Below, one piece after another: positions 40,762 to 50,349 of a stretch of DNA of 60,021 nucleotides (position 1 is its first letter; every line of letters starts with the position of its first letter). The position numbers and the translations under genes were made by a program. The notes under the pieces are model-generated. The model was not told the origin of the DNA and ran no database searches. It worked only from the letters and a program-made list of their open reading frames with translations. This DNA is from Geobacteraceae bacterium (GTDB lineage Bacteria > Desulfobacterota > Desulfuromonadia > Geobacterales > DSM-12255), in the NCBI GenBank assembly GCA_043725245.1, contig JAYSLX010000045.1, positions 1 to 60,021 of the forward strand, in the 5' to 3' direction.

Positions 40762-41952
40762 ATGCGCTTTCCCGATAAGCAGGGCCATTTCGGAAGGTTC
40801 GGCGGCCGGTATGTTCCGGAAACACTGATGCCGGTGCTTCTGGAGCTTGAACAGGCATACAGTCGTTACCGGAAAGACAGGGAGTTCAAGGCCGAATTCG
40901 AATACTATCTCAGGCAGTATGTCGGCAGGCCCTGTCCGCTCTACTTTGCCGCCAATCTGACGAAGAAGCTTGGTGGGGCGAAGATCTACCTCAAACGGGA
41001 GGATCTCAACCATACCGGTGCACACAAGATCAACAACACCATCGGCCAGGGTATGCTGGCCAAGCGGATGGGGAAGCGACGAGTGATTGCCGAGACCGGC
41101 GCTGGACAGCACGGGGTGGCTACTGCCACCATTGCGGCCCTGTTCGGCATGAAGTGCGAGGTCTTCATGGGGGAGGAGGATATCCGTCGCCAGTCTCTGA
41201 ATGTCTTCCGTATGAAGCTGCTGGGTGCCACCGTTACCCCGGTGACAGCCGGTACCGCCACCCTCAAGGATGCCATGAACGAGGCTCTGAGGAACTGGGT
41301 GAGCAATGTACATGACACCTTCTACGTGATCGGAACTACGGCAGGCCCGCACCCATATCCGATGATGGTCAGGGATTTCCAGTCGGTTATTGGCCGTGAG
41401 GCAAAGAGTCAGTTCAGGAAGGCTGAGGGGCGACTGCCGGATCTTCTGGTGGCGGCGGTGGGTGGGGGGAGTAATGCCATGGGACTTTTCTATCCCTTCC
41501 TGAATGACAAAGAGGTGAGAATGGTTGGAGTTGAGGCGGCCGGATATGGCATTGCCTCCGGCAGGCATGCTGCTCCCCTCTGTGCAGGGAGTGTCGGCGT
41601 ACTGCACGGTAATATGACCTATCTCCTCCAGGACGGCCACGGCCAGATAAGCCATGCTCATTCCATTTCAGCAGGACTCGACTATCCTGGCGTAGGCCCT
41701 GAGCATGCCTGGCTCAAGGAGACCGGTCGGGCCGAGTACGTGTCGGTGACCGATTATGAGGCATTGGAAGGGTTTCGCATCCTCACTGAAACTGAAGGTA
41801 TCCTCCCGGCACTGGAGTCATCCCATGCCATTGCTCACCTCCTGAAACTGGCGCCGCAACTGCCGCCTGAACAGTCGATCGTGGCCTGCCTGTCCGGACG
41901 GGGTGATAAGGATATACACACGGTAGCAGAGGCCATGGGGGTAACGTTGTAG
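40762..41952 (+). CDS. trpB: tryptophan synthase beta subunit (TrpB1)
   Basis: [35 protein letters not shown] and LSGRGDKD motifs. Confidence 0.98.
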   Translation: MRFPDKQGHFGRFGGRYVPETLMPVLLELEQAYSRYRKDREFKAEFEYYLRQYVGRPCPLYFAANLTKKLGGAKIYLKREDLNHTGAHKINNTIGQGMLAKRMGKRRVIAETGAGQHGVATATIAALFGMKCEVFMGEEDIRRQSLNVFRMKLLGATVTPVTAGTATLKDAMNEALRNWVSNVHDTFYVIGTTAGPHPYPMMVRDFQSVIGREAKSQFRKAEGRLPDLLVAAVGGGSNAMGLFYPFLNDKEVRMVGVEAAGYGIASGRHAAPLCAGSVGVLHGNMTYLLQDGHGQISHAHSISAGLDYPGVGPEHAWLKETGRAEYVSVTDYEALEGFRILTETEGILPALESSHAIAHLLKLAPQLPPEQSIVACLSGRGDKDIHTVAEAMGVTL

Positions 41953-42034
41953 CACAGTAGGGGGTATGGCAATACCCGAAAGTTGCTAACTACTTGTAAC
42001 TAATTGTAAAATAGTGGGAATTGACAAAAAATGT

Positions 42035-42064
42035 TTGACACTCCGGGGGTAGCTGCGCTATAAG
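42035..42064 (+). promoter_or_regulatory. sigma70-like promoter
   Basis: TTGACA-18nt-TATAAG, with a second TTGACA at 42021. Confidence 0.55.
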
Positions 42065-42094
42065 GTGACAGCCTGCCTTCAGTCAGGAATGAAG

Positions 42095-42116
42095 AAAGGC
42101 CCCGACGGGGCCTTTT
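42095..42116 (+). terminator. intrinsic terminator-like hairpin
   Basis: aaaggcccc-gac-ggggcctttt. Confidence 0.75.
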
Positions 42117-42312
42117 GACGTTAGTAAGCTTCAATTCATTTTCTGCGCTTTTCCGGGAAAAAATGAATTGGCTGGCGCTCTATCCTGTTTTCAAAGTGCA
42201 GGATCTAAAATCAACGTTCAAGGAGGATTCCGGCCGGAAAAGAATTACCGAGAAACACTGAGGGTCTTCGAGACCGTCCGGCAAAGCCGAAAACACCGAC
42301 CCAATTTAACTT

Positions 42313-42978
42313 ATGAAAAGATCAATAATCTATGTAGGCTTGATAGTGATAGGGATGCTGCTGACTGGCGCCATCTCATCATGTGACAGGTCGCACCTCT
42401 CCCAAGTGCAGGTTCAGGTTGCCGTGACCGATACCGATCTCGACAGAGAGATCCGTCGGATCATGGAGAAGGGGAACCCACTGGAGGAGCGCCAGGCGCA
42501 GGTGCCGGCCATTGCAACCGCATTTGCCAGACGAACCGAGCCGGACAGGGCCCGCTGGCTGGCAGCCCTCTGCTATATTAAGACATTGGGTACCCAGTTT
42601 ATGCCGATTGATATTGCTGAGATTGCACTGGTTGAGACAGGCGGCCATGGTCTTTCAAAGAGGGCAGTCTCCCAGAAAGGGGCTCTTGGTGTATGGCAGC
42701 TGATGCCGCATCGGGCGGCAAGCCACGGATACTCACCGGAAGAGATGCAAAACGACGAGAAATGCGCGGAGGCTGCGGTACGCGAGCTGGCCAGCAAGAT
42801 GTCCATGGCCGGCGGCAAGTTGGTACGAGCCAAGAAGCTTTACTGTGGGGTGGGACCCGAGGCAGACGCCTATGAGGTCAAACGCCGCATGGTCCGAAAG
42901 GAGATTCTGGCCGACATGGCCAAGGAGTCACCAAGGAGGGCTGCAGCGCTGCGCTATACAATCGCGCGGCCTTCCTGA
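42313..42978 (+). CDS. lytic transglycosylase (SLT-domain) protein
   Basis: N-terminal TM/lipoprotein-like segment; ALVETG...AVSQKGALGVWQLMP motif. Confidence 0.85.
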   Translation: MKRSIIYVGLIVIGMLLTGAISSCDRSHLSQVQVQVAVTDTDLDREIRRIMEKGNPLEERQAQVPAIATAFARRTEPDRARWLAALCYIKTLGTQFMPIDIAEIALVETGGHGLSKRAVSQKGALGVWQLMPHRAASHGYSPEEMQNDEKCAEAAVRELASKMSMAGGKLVRAKKLYCGVGPEADAYEVKRRMVRKEILADMAKESPRRAAALRYTIARPS

Positions 42979-43000
42979 AGGCCCTGTCGGTATACTGATA

Positions 43001-43510
43001 ATGCAGATGTTACGCTTGTTCAGAGTATTTATGCTTCTGCCGCTTCTGACCGGCTGTTCACTCTTATTCGCCTCGCCAGATGTTTTTGTAAGGGATGTGA
43101 GTGTGGTGGGGGTGGACAGCAAAGGGCTTGATGTCGAGTTGTTCCTGGCAGTAACTAACCCCAATTCCTACGACCTGAAGCTGCTCGGCTACAACTACGA
43201 TTTCAAAATCATGTCACTGCAGCTGGCAAAGGGTGGGGCGCGGGAGTCCTTTGAGTTAAGAGGGGGGACCACTACCGATCTCCGTCTGCCGGTGCGCGTT
43301 ACCTTCAGTAACCTTTATGAGCTTCTCAAACGTGGACCTGATCCTGATAAGATTCCCTACAGCCTCGATGCTGGTCTTGAGGTGGACTCTCCGATTGGTA
43401 CCCATGCGGTGCCAGTGGTGAAGAACGGCACTTTAAAGGTGCCGGAGCGGTATCGTCCATCATCCTTCCTGAAGCAGATCCGAAATCTCGTTGATGAGTT
43501 TATCGAGTAG
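43001..43510 (+). CDS. LEA_2/WHy-domain lipoprotein
   Basis: lipobox LTGC; VTNPNSYDL motif. Confidence 0.85.
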   Translation: MQMLRLFRVFMLLPLLTGCSLLFASPDVFVRDVSVVGVDSKGLDVELFLAVTNPNSYDLKLLGYNYDFKIMSLQLAKGGARESFELRGGTTTDLRLPVRVTFSNLYELLKRGPDPDKIPYSLDAGLEVDSPIGTHAVPVVKNGTLKVPERYRPSSFLKQIRNLVDEFIE

Positions 43511-43646
43511 GACAAAATTGACTCTCTTAAAATTTAATAAATCTTGAATCCTGCCGATTAGATACTACACGTCTGACCTGTCATAGTTACCTGATATAAC
43601 AGAATGCATATTTTGCCTTTGACCACGGTATTTGCCTGAGGGGAAA

Positions 43647-45482
43647 ATGAGCGGTTTAAGGAAGATGGCAAAGATATATTTGCTCTTCGTGATCTCGATA
43701 CTATCCGCGATTTTGGCCGGTTGCGGCGACAATCGCACTGCACCCGGTGCGGTTTCGGTCCAGGAAGCTACGCAGCCATGTCTGGACTGTCACAGCACCG
43801 CGGCTTCTGTGGTTACCGATGCGGTTATTTATGAAGAGTGGAAGCTCTCTAAGCACAATGGAGTTAACGGGGCCGGCTGTGCCCACTGTCATGAGCCTGA
43901 TGCAGGGCATCCCAATAGTTGCAAGTCCTGCCACGGCGTCGCACCCCCCCTCGGATCCCGGCACGATGTACTACTCAATCCGGATACCTCCCTGAAATGT
44001 TTCAAGTGTCATACATCCAAGACCTTGGTCGCCCCCCACTTTACCAATGTGACCACTCTCAATTCAAGCCTTTCAACCTATCGAGCATCCTATGTCAGTG
44101 CCCGCTATGTCGGCAACTGCCGCAAGTGTCACAATCCTCACGACCCTACCTCCCAGATTGCCGCTAACCAGCAATGGGCAAAATCCGGTCACGGCGATAC
44201 GACTTCATCGGCCTGGGCGGCTTACGACTTCAAAACCAGGGGGACGGCAGGTGCAACCCCTGCGCAGACAACCGCCGAGAGTTGCGTCAGGTGTCACACT
44301 ACCACCGGCTATATAAACTATGTCGTCTCAGGGTTAACGGACATCTCAGGATGGGGCAGGCAGAGTCTCGTCAACCTGCCCGCATTCCCTGGTGATATCA
44401 ATTATTTCAACAGCGTCGACAAGACCAAGCAGGTGCTTGCATGCGACGCCTGCCACGACGATGGCAAAGGCAACGCCTATAAATGGAGTAAGCTGCGCAC
44501 GGTGGGGGCTGTAACCGCCTATTACAACTATTCGTCGAGTTCTACCGGCAAACTGCTCGTCAACTTCCCCTTCGCCAACGCCAATACGTCCAACGGCTGC
44601 ATACCGTGTCACACCGGCCGGGTGAGCGGCAGCGCCATAAAGGCGATCGAGGCGATCGAAACCGCCTCTGGTACCTTTGCCATCTTCTCATCGGCGGGTG
44701 CGGGAATGCCTTTCATCGATGCCCACAACATGAGCGCCGGAGCAACTATCTTCAAATCGAGCGGCTACGAGTACGCCGGCCGGGATTACACGAACCCCCC
44801 ACATTATGAGCATGACCAGATAGGCCTCGGCAGTTACGATACCGGTACGTACGGACCGTGTATAGGCTGCCACATGAGCTCAACGGAGAAACACTCCTTC
44901 CAGGTGGTGACGAAGGTGAACGACCCGAGCATCCCCTTGACCGCCAGCAAGCGGATCGCCGCCTTGAAAAGCCGGATCTGCATCAAATGTCATGTCGGCC
45001 CAGACGAACGGACCGCCTCTTTCATGCAGCACGAGAATGAAGGATACAACGCGGCACTGGCTGCTCTCGCCAAAGCCCTCAAGTTACGTGCATTCGTTTT
45101 TAAGGGAACCTTTCCGTACTTCAGCAACAAGAACTGGCAGACCAGCAATGGATCAACCGGCGGTTATGGAGCCGGTACCGGGGGGCGCACCATGGGTGCG
45201 GCTTTCAATTTCAATCTTCTGTTTCACGATTCAGGTGCATTCGCACATAACAATATTTATGCAAAACGCCTGATTTATGATTCCATCTATTGGATCACAA
45301 ATGGTCCGAATGGAACTCTTAGTGTGGACAATGCTATCAACAGCCTGCCGGATGACCAGGCCCTCTTGTTTGCTCGTGACGGCACAAAGATAAATTTTGA
45401 CCAGACGGTAAAAGCAGCAGCCATAGCCTACCTGATGGGCACAGATTCGAATCCGTCGGGTGTCGGGAACAACCGTCCGTAA
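43647..45482 (+). CDS. decaheme c-type cytochrome lipoprotein, OmcB/OmcC-like
   Basis: lipobox LAGC; 10 CxxCH motifs by count; C-terminal GAAFNFNLLFHDSGAFAHN..YAKRLIYDSI. Confidence 0.88.
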   Translation: MSGLRKMAKIYLLFVISILSAILAGCGDNRTAPGAVSVQEATQPCLDCHSTAASVVTDAVIYEEWKLSKHNGVNGAGCAHCHEPDAGHPNSCKSCHGVAPPLGSRHDVLLNPDTSLKCFKCHTSKTLVAPHFTNVTTLNSSLSTYRASYVSARYVGNCRKCHNPHDPTSQIAANQQWAKSGHGDTTSSAWAAYDFKTRGTAGATPAQTTAESCVRCHTTTGYINYVVSGLTDISGWGRQSLVNLPAFPGDINYFNSVDKTKQVLACDACHDDGKGNAYKWSKLRTVGAVTAYYNYSSSSTGKLLVNFPFANANTSNGCIPCHTGRVSGSAIKAIEAIETASGTFAIFSSAGAGMPFIDAHNMSAGATIFKSSGYEYAGRDYTNPPHYEHDQIGLGSYDTGTYGPCIGCHMSSTEKHSFQVVTKVNDPSIPLTASKRIAALKSRICIKCHVGPDERTASFMQHENEGYNAALAALAKALKLRAFVFKGTFPYFSNKNWQTSNGSTGGYGAGTGGRTMGAAFNFNLLFHDSGAFAHNNIYAKRLIYDSIYWITNGPNGTLSVDNAINSLPDDQALLFARDGTKINFDQTVKAAAIAYLMGTDSNPSGVGNNRP

Positions 45483-45501
45483 AATAGTTGCTGATGCTGA
45501 C

Positions 45502-45533
45502 AAAAAAAGCCGCGGAAATCCCGGGGCTTTTTT
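45502..45533. terminator. bidirectional intrinsic terminator
   Basis: aaaaaaagcc..ggctttttt between convergent genes. Confidence 0.8.
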
Positions 45534-45575
45534 CATGTGAGCAACAAATCTCTCCCTGTCGCCTTGATACAAGTC

Positions 45576-46115
45576 TTACCTGCCTGGTTTCTCCTCGCCA
45601 ACAGCGGAAGTTCCGGAGATCAGCCACCTGCCGTTTTTGTTCTCCAGCGTGTACTTCATCAGATAGACGAAATCCTTGAACTCCTCGTTTTTTTTGCCTG
45701 TCTTAATGTCGTGGTAGGCGAAATCCCACACTTCTCTGGTACTCACCTCTGCCCTGGTCGGTGATTTGAATGTGAGCGAGGTGAATTCGACCTGCTTCAC
45801 CTGTGAGATCATCCTGACGTGCGCCTCACCGATGGCTGCCATGTGGAAATAAGCTTTTTCGGCCTGTCGCTGGGTTGCAACTTCCTGCAGCGGATTCATG
45901 TTCAGATGCTCATAGCCGAAGGGGATAAGCTCATTGTAGCGCAGAATGATATTTTTGACTGCATCCTGAGGCGTTCTGCCAGCGTAGACCTGCCTCATGG
46001 GGGAGGGCGTCTTGGCCGGGTTGCCGGGTTGTCGGGAGCCTTGTTCAGGGGATTTTTTGCCGCATGCTGCCAGGGCAAGGCAGCAGCAGATGATGGCAAC
46101 GTAAATGATTCTCAT
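45576..46115 (-). CDS. lipoprotein with NTF2-like-looking domain; last gene of the cytochrome operon
   Basis: lipobox LAAC; AEVSTREVWDF...YTLENKNGRWLI pattern. Confidence 0.7.
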   Translation of the reverse strand: MRIIYVAIICCCLALAACGKKSPEQGSRQPGNPAKTPSPMRQVYAGRTPQDAVKNIILRYNELIPFGYEHLNMNPLQEVATQRQAEKAYFHMAAIGEAHVRMISQVKQVEFTSLTFKSPTRAEVSTREVWDFAYHDIKTGKKNEEFKDFVYLMKYTLENKNGRWLISGTSAVGEEKPGR

Positions 46116-46170
46116 AGGTGATGTCCTATGCCTCTAACGATAGTGAGCCTGCAGTTGTTGTAGGGAGATG

Positions 46171-49100
46171 TTACCATGTTTCGGCGCCCGAACTGTGACA
46201 GAAGCAGCCGCCGCCAACAGGGCCGAAACTGCTACTGCTTCCCCATGTACCCGGTTTGGTAAACGAATTTATTACCTGCTGGCTGTCCACCTCCCCACCG
46301 TTGCCGTTTGGGGCGTAACGACCGAGAACCGCTGCCGTTGCAGGCCGGATGAGACGCGAGACCTTGCCGCCATGGGGTATCCGGATGTGGCACGATACAC
46401 ATGCCCCTTGAGTAGTGCTTGCCCAACTGCTGTGATTGCCACCACTGTCGCCGATATTGTAGTGGAAGGCGTTGAGGGTGGAACCTCTGACGGTGTGGCA
46501 GTTCAGGCAGAACAGGCCGTTACTGCTGCCATTGTTGGTGGCGTAGGTGCCGAGTTTGAAGGTGGTGCCGGTGGCGCCCCCGTTCTGGGAGGCAAGGGTG
46601 AACGGCCACGCCTTGTTGGCGCCGGAAAGCAACCACTTCACCGAAGAGCCGTGGGGCCCCTTTGCAGCAGGAGAATCGCCGGCATGGCAATCGGCGCAGG
46701 TCATGGTCTGGGTTCCAACGCTGGTCCAGGGGGACTTCATGGCAGAGCTGCCCAAGGGCTTGGGCACGGTGCGCCCGCCAGAGTCGTTGAGGGTGGCTAC
46801 AACCGGGTGGCCTGCCTTGTTGTTCGGATTGAATTCCAGCCCAAGATTGGTCAACGCCAGGGCGCCTGAGCCACCCCAGGAGGAGACGTTGGCGTTTGCA
46901 TCGGAATGGCATTTGAAACAGATCTGCCATTCGACTGTGGCGGTGATGAGCGGTGCCGTGGTAGTTGCCGGGTTATAGGTGGTGACCCCGGCCCAGTTGC
47001 CGCCCCAGGTGGTAACACCGACGCCGCTGGCGCCCGTGAGGACTTTGGCAAGGGCCGTGCTGCCGGCTGTATGGTTGCCATTTTTCGTTGCATGGACGTT
47101 GTGGCAGTCTGAGCACTCCACATGTTTGTAACTGGCGATATACCCGCGGGTCTCGTCGGTTGATGAAGGTTTGTGGATTCCGCTGTAGAGGTTGACGTTG
47201 TGGCCGTTCCCTGCCTGTCCCGGATCGTTGTAGTTAAAGGGGACGGGTGATGGCAGGGTCAAGTTGCTCGGTGCGTTTTTGCCGAAATAGAAGGATGCAG
47301 TATAGCTGTCGGTTCTGCTGCTGGTGGTTTCCACCGACAGATCGACGACGATCTTGTCATCCATGTTGAGGGTTATTGACGGCACAGGGATGCCGATTGA
47401 CCGTAACTGGCCAGGTGCGGCATTGGTTGCCAGTTCGCTGGCAAAGGTGGACTTGTTTATAATGACCTGGCCGAGAGCGTCGCCGCTGGTCCAGGTGTAG
47501 ATATTGGAGCGGATACGGGCGTTTTGTCTGCCGCTGCTTTCCTTGGAATAAAGGTTGATCACCCAGGTGCCGGCCGGGACGGTGGTGGTGGCAAGAACCT
47601 TCGGCGATGTGAATGTGCCCATGCGCCAGTATTTGGTGCCGGTCAGGTTGGTTGCCTGGCTCTTGGTTTCATAGGGGGTATTGGTTGCCCAGGGGGACAT
47701 GGAACACCCCGCCCAAGTGCCACCTGCAAAGGTGTCGCCGGTGTTGTGGGCAGAAGGGGCGGGAGCGGATGGCGTCTCTATCGAGCTCGGTTTGAAATAA
47801 AGGCGCGTCGTGGTGCTGGTGGCGCTTGACGGCCGGTACGTAGTCAGGATGGCGGTAGTGATGTCCTCGGCCGCGGCCGACATGGCGGCATAACCGTACC
47901 AGTCCATGCCGGCGACAAGTTTTGCTGGCCCTCCTCCTGGGTCGTCATCGGTGGTCTTGCTGTGGCAGCGGACACAGATCTGCTCTTCGGCAGTCTCCCC
48001 GGCGCTGGCCCCCAGGTTCCCCTGCAGGCGGCGGATGCCGCTGTCATGGTTGCCAAACTGCCACTGGGAAGTGTAGTTTTGGAAGGTGGTCGGCTCGCCG
48101 AATTTGGTGTTATGACACTTGGAGCAGTTGCCGTAGAAGATGCTGCCGTCCCCCATGAACTTTGAGGGGACAGGATATTGATGGGCGCTCCCTGTGTAAT
48201 TGGCGAAGATGATGACCGGCGTCTCCGTAGTCTGCTGAGCTGCAGGTTGTTCCACGCGTCGACGGATCGTGTCCTTGGTTTTTCCCTGGTAGTGGCAGCT
48301 GATGCAGAGGCCGCCGCCGGCGCCATTGATAAAGTCGGAATTGGAGTAGCCGCTGGCGAGACCTGGCGCTTGGGCGGCATTGGGGCTGGTGGTGATGTTG
48401 GTCCGCAGGTTGGCTGCCCGGCCGATGTTGTTGGTGGTATTCAGTCGTGGGCTGAATATGTTGTGGTCCACATGGCACATGGTGCAGCGCCGCGAGTTGT
48501 AATTGGTGCCGTTGGTTGAACTCCCGCTTGGCGAGGTAGTTGGATAGGCGGCAAGCTGGGCCGACGAGAAGTTTCGCATGGCATGGTGGTAGCCGGAAGT
48601 GTTTTGCATGTCGACGGAGTGACAGTCGGTGCAGTTGTAACGGTTGTTCCAGTTCTCTGTTGTTTGGTTAAGCCCCATGGGGTGACAGGAGACGTTCGAG
48701 CAGGTGCCTATCCCGCCGCTCAGGCTGTAGTTGAAATTGGTTGTGGCGTTCATAAAGCCGACCATATTTCCCTCATTATAGGGGCGTTGGCCGGCACCAA
48801 GATCATAGAGCTTGTTAACGTGCTTGTTACTGTTTCCGATGGTGCTGTTGGTGGTCGTTGTCGTGTAGTGGCAGTCAGAGCAGAGCACTTCATTCCCATC
48901 AGGCGAGGCCACAGCGGTTACGTGAAACTGGTGAGCGTTCCCCTTGGGCGTGCCGGACGCATACAGCGGCGCCCCCTTGCGGTAGTCGCCATAGGTTCCC
49001 TGCCCGTGACACTGGTTGCAGGCCAGGGTGCCGGCACCCCAGTTAAGGGGGGTAGTATTCGAAGGTATGGAGCTGGTCGCCACAGATGTGCCGTTGGAAT

Positions 49101-50232
49101 GGCAGTAAGTGTTGGTGCAACTCGCGGCAACTGAGCCGGGGAGTTTCACCTTGGGGGTAGAGCCGTCGTAAGTGGCCGAGGCGTTGGCCCAGGCGTTGAA
49201 CTGTACTTCCACCAGCTGGTTGACGTGATTGGTAGCGGTGCTGATGGTTCGATTATCTGAAACGGTGGCGCTGTGGCAGTATGCGCAGTTGTATGCATAC
49301 GTCTGCACATGCTTGGTATGCGATCCGGTGCCCATTTTATTCGTGGCGAAATTGTCACCGCTGTGGCAACCGGTGCAGGTAGCGTCCAGAGGCCCACCGC
49401 CCCAAGTGGGGAGGATGTTGGGCGGATCCGAGACCGGTGTAAGGGATGTGCCAAGGCTGTGGCAATAGGTGCTGGAGCAGGATCCGAATGTTTTGACGGC
49501 TGCCTGGCTCGGCAGATAGTTCTTCCCGTCGCCGGAGTAGGTACCGGAGGCCATGATTACTCTTGTGGCGCTGTTTGCATGACCTGCGCTCGTGGCATGG
49601 CTGGAAAAAGCCGTGGAGGAGTAGTCGGGGTGGCATTTCCCGCAGTTTGCAGCACCTTGATAATAGGTATCGTGCCTTGCATGGCTGCCCGCATCGCCTC
49701 CGACGTATCCGGAAGCAACCCCTGAGGGGGGAGCGCCGTGGCAGCTGTTACAGTTGGCCGGATAGCTGTACTGCGTGCTGCTCCAGAGGGGGGTGGTCTG
49801 TTCGAAGTGGCAGTTGACGTTGGCGCAGCTCTGCATGACCGGATTGGAGGTCAGATTGAAAAATCGGGGTTTGTTATAGGTCCCATGGGATGGATGGGCC
49901 GAATTGTTGATGTTGGTCGTCATGTTGACGAAGTCGTTCATGTGGGACGTGGTGAAACCGGCACTGCCGGAGTGGCATTTTTCGCAAGCTGCCTGAGGCG
50001 CGACTGACGGCGGATTATGAGTGGAATGGCTCCCCTTGAAGCCGCCGGTGGTTACGTTGCGGTAAGTAGAGTCAATGGGGGGCATGGCATGGCAGTCGGC
50101 ACAGGTTGCGCCGTACTGATACTGCTGGGATGCTGCGGGGGTAGAAAGTGCGCCGGACAGGACAATGGCCGATGCAATGATTGCCCAACACAGGGGCTGA
50201 AAAAAAGAATATCTGGCTCTGGACAGTTTCAT
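46171..50232 (-). CDS. giant multiheme cytochrome c with Geobacter CxxxxCH...CxxCH repeats (~22 hemes)
   Basis: signal peptide; 18 CxxCH + 4 CxxxxCH by count, plus a terminal CFCH; ~280-aa heme-free insert. Confidence 0.93.
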   Translation of the reverse strand: MKLSRARYSFFQPLCWAIIASAIVLSGALSTPAASQQYQYGATCADCHAMPPIDSTYRNVTTGGFKGSHSTHNPPSVAPQAACEKCHSGSAGFTTSHMNDFVNMTTNINNSAHPSHGTYNKPRFFNLTSNPVMQSCANVNCHFEQTTPLWSSTQYSYPANCNSCHGAPPSGVASGYVGGDAGSHARHDTYYQGAANCGKCHPDYSSTAFSSHATSAGHANSATRVIMASGTYSGDGKNYLPSQAAVKTFGSCSSTYCHSLGTSLTPVSDPPNILPTWGGGPLDATCTGCHSGDNFATNKMGTGSHTKHVQTYAYNCAYCHSATVSDNRTISTATNHVNQLVEVQFNAWANASATYDGSTPKVKLPGSVAASCTNTYCHSNGTSVATSSIPSNTTPLNWGAGTLACNQCHGQGTYGDYRKGAPLYASGTPKGNAHQFHVTAVASPDGNEVLCSDCHYTTTTTNSTIGNSNKHVNKLYDLGAGQRPYNEGNMVGFMNATTNFNYSLSGGIGTCSNVSCHPMGLNQTTENWNNRYNCTDCHSVDMQNTSGYHHAMRNFSSAQLAAYPTTSPSGSSTNGTNYNSRRCTMCHVDHNIFSPRLNTTNNIGRAANLRTNITTSPNAAQAPGLASGYSNSDFINGAGGGLCISCHYQGKTKDTIRRRVEQPAAQQTTETPVIIFANYTGSAHQYPVPSKFMGDGSIFYGNCSKCHNTKFGEPTTFQNYTSQWQFGNHDSGIRRLQGNLGASAGETAEEQICVRCHSKTTDDDPGGGPAKLVAGMDWYGYAAMSAAAEDITTAILTTYRPSSATSTTTRLYFKPSSIETPSAPAPSAHNTGDTFAGGTWAGCSMSPWATNTPYETKSQATNLTGTKYWRMGTFTSPKVLATTTVPAGTWVINLYSKESSGRQNARIRSNIYTWTSGDALGQVIINKSTFASELATNAAPGQLRSIGIPVPSITLNMDDKIVVDLSVETTSSRTDSYTASFYFGKNAPSNLTLPSPVPFNYNDPGQAGNGHNVNLYSGIHKPSSTDETRGYIASYKHVECSDCHNVHATKNGNHTAGSTALAKVLTGASGVGVTTWGGNWAGVTTYNPATTTAPLITATVEWQICFKCHSDANANVSSWGGSGALALTNLGLEFNPNNKAGHPVVATLNDSGGRTVPKPLGSSAMKSPWTSVGTQTMTCADCHAGDSPAAKGPHGSSVKWLLSGANKAWPFTLASQNGGATGTTFKLGTYATNNGSSNGLFCLNCHTVRGSTLNAFHYNIGDSGGNHSSWASTTQGACVSCHIRIPHGGKVSRLIRPATAAVLGRYAPNGNGGEVDSQQVINSFTKPGTWGSSSSFGPVGGGCFCHSSGAETW

Positions 50233-50307
50233 GGTGACGGGTGTCTCCAAGGGTATAGCATAATAGTGAGCAGAGAAAACAAGAAATCAGTAAGAATTGC
50301 TTATGGT

Positions 50308-50338
50308 AGGGCCAGGCCGCGTCATGCGCCCTGGCCCT
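50308..50338. other. strong intergenic stem-loop inside the cytochrome operon
   Basis: agggccagg...cctggccct stem, no U-tract. Confidence 0.6.
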
Positions 50339-50349
50339 TATTGTCTCAT

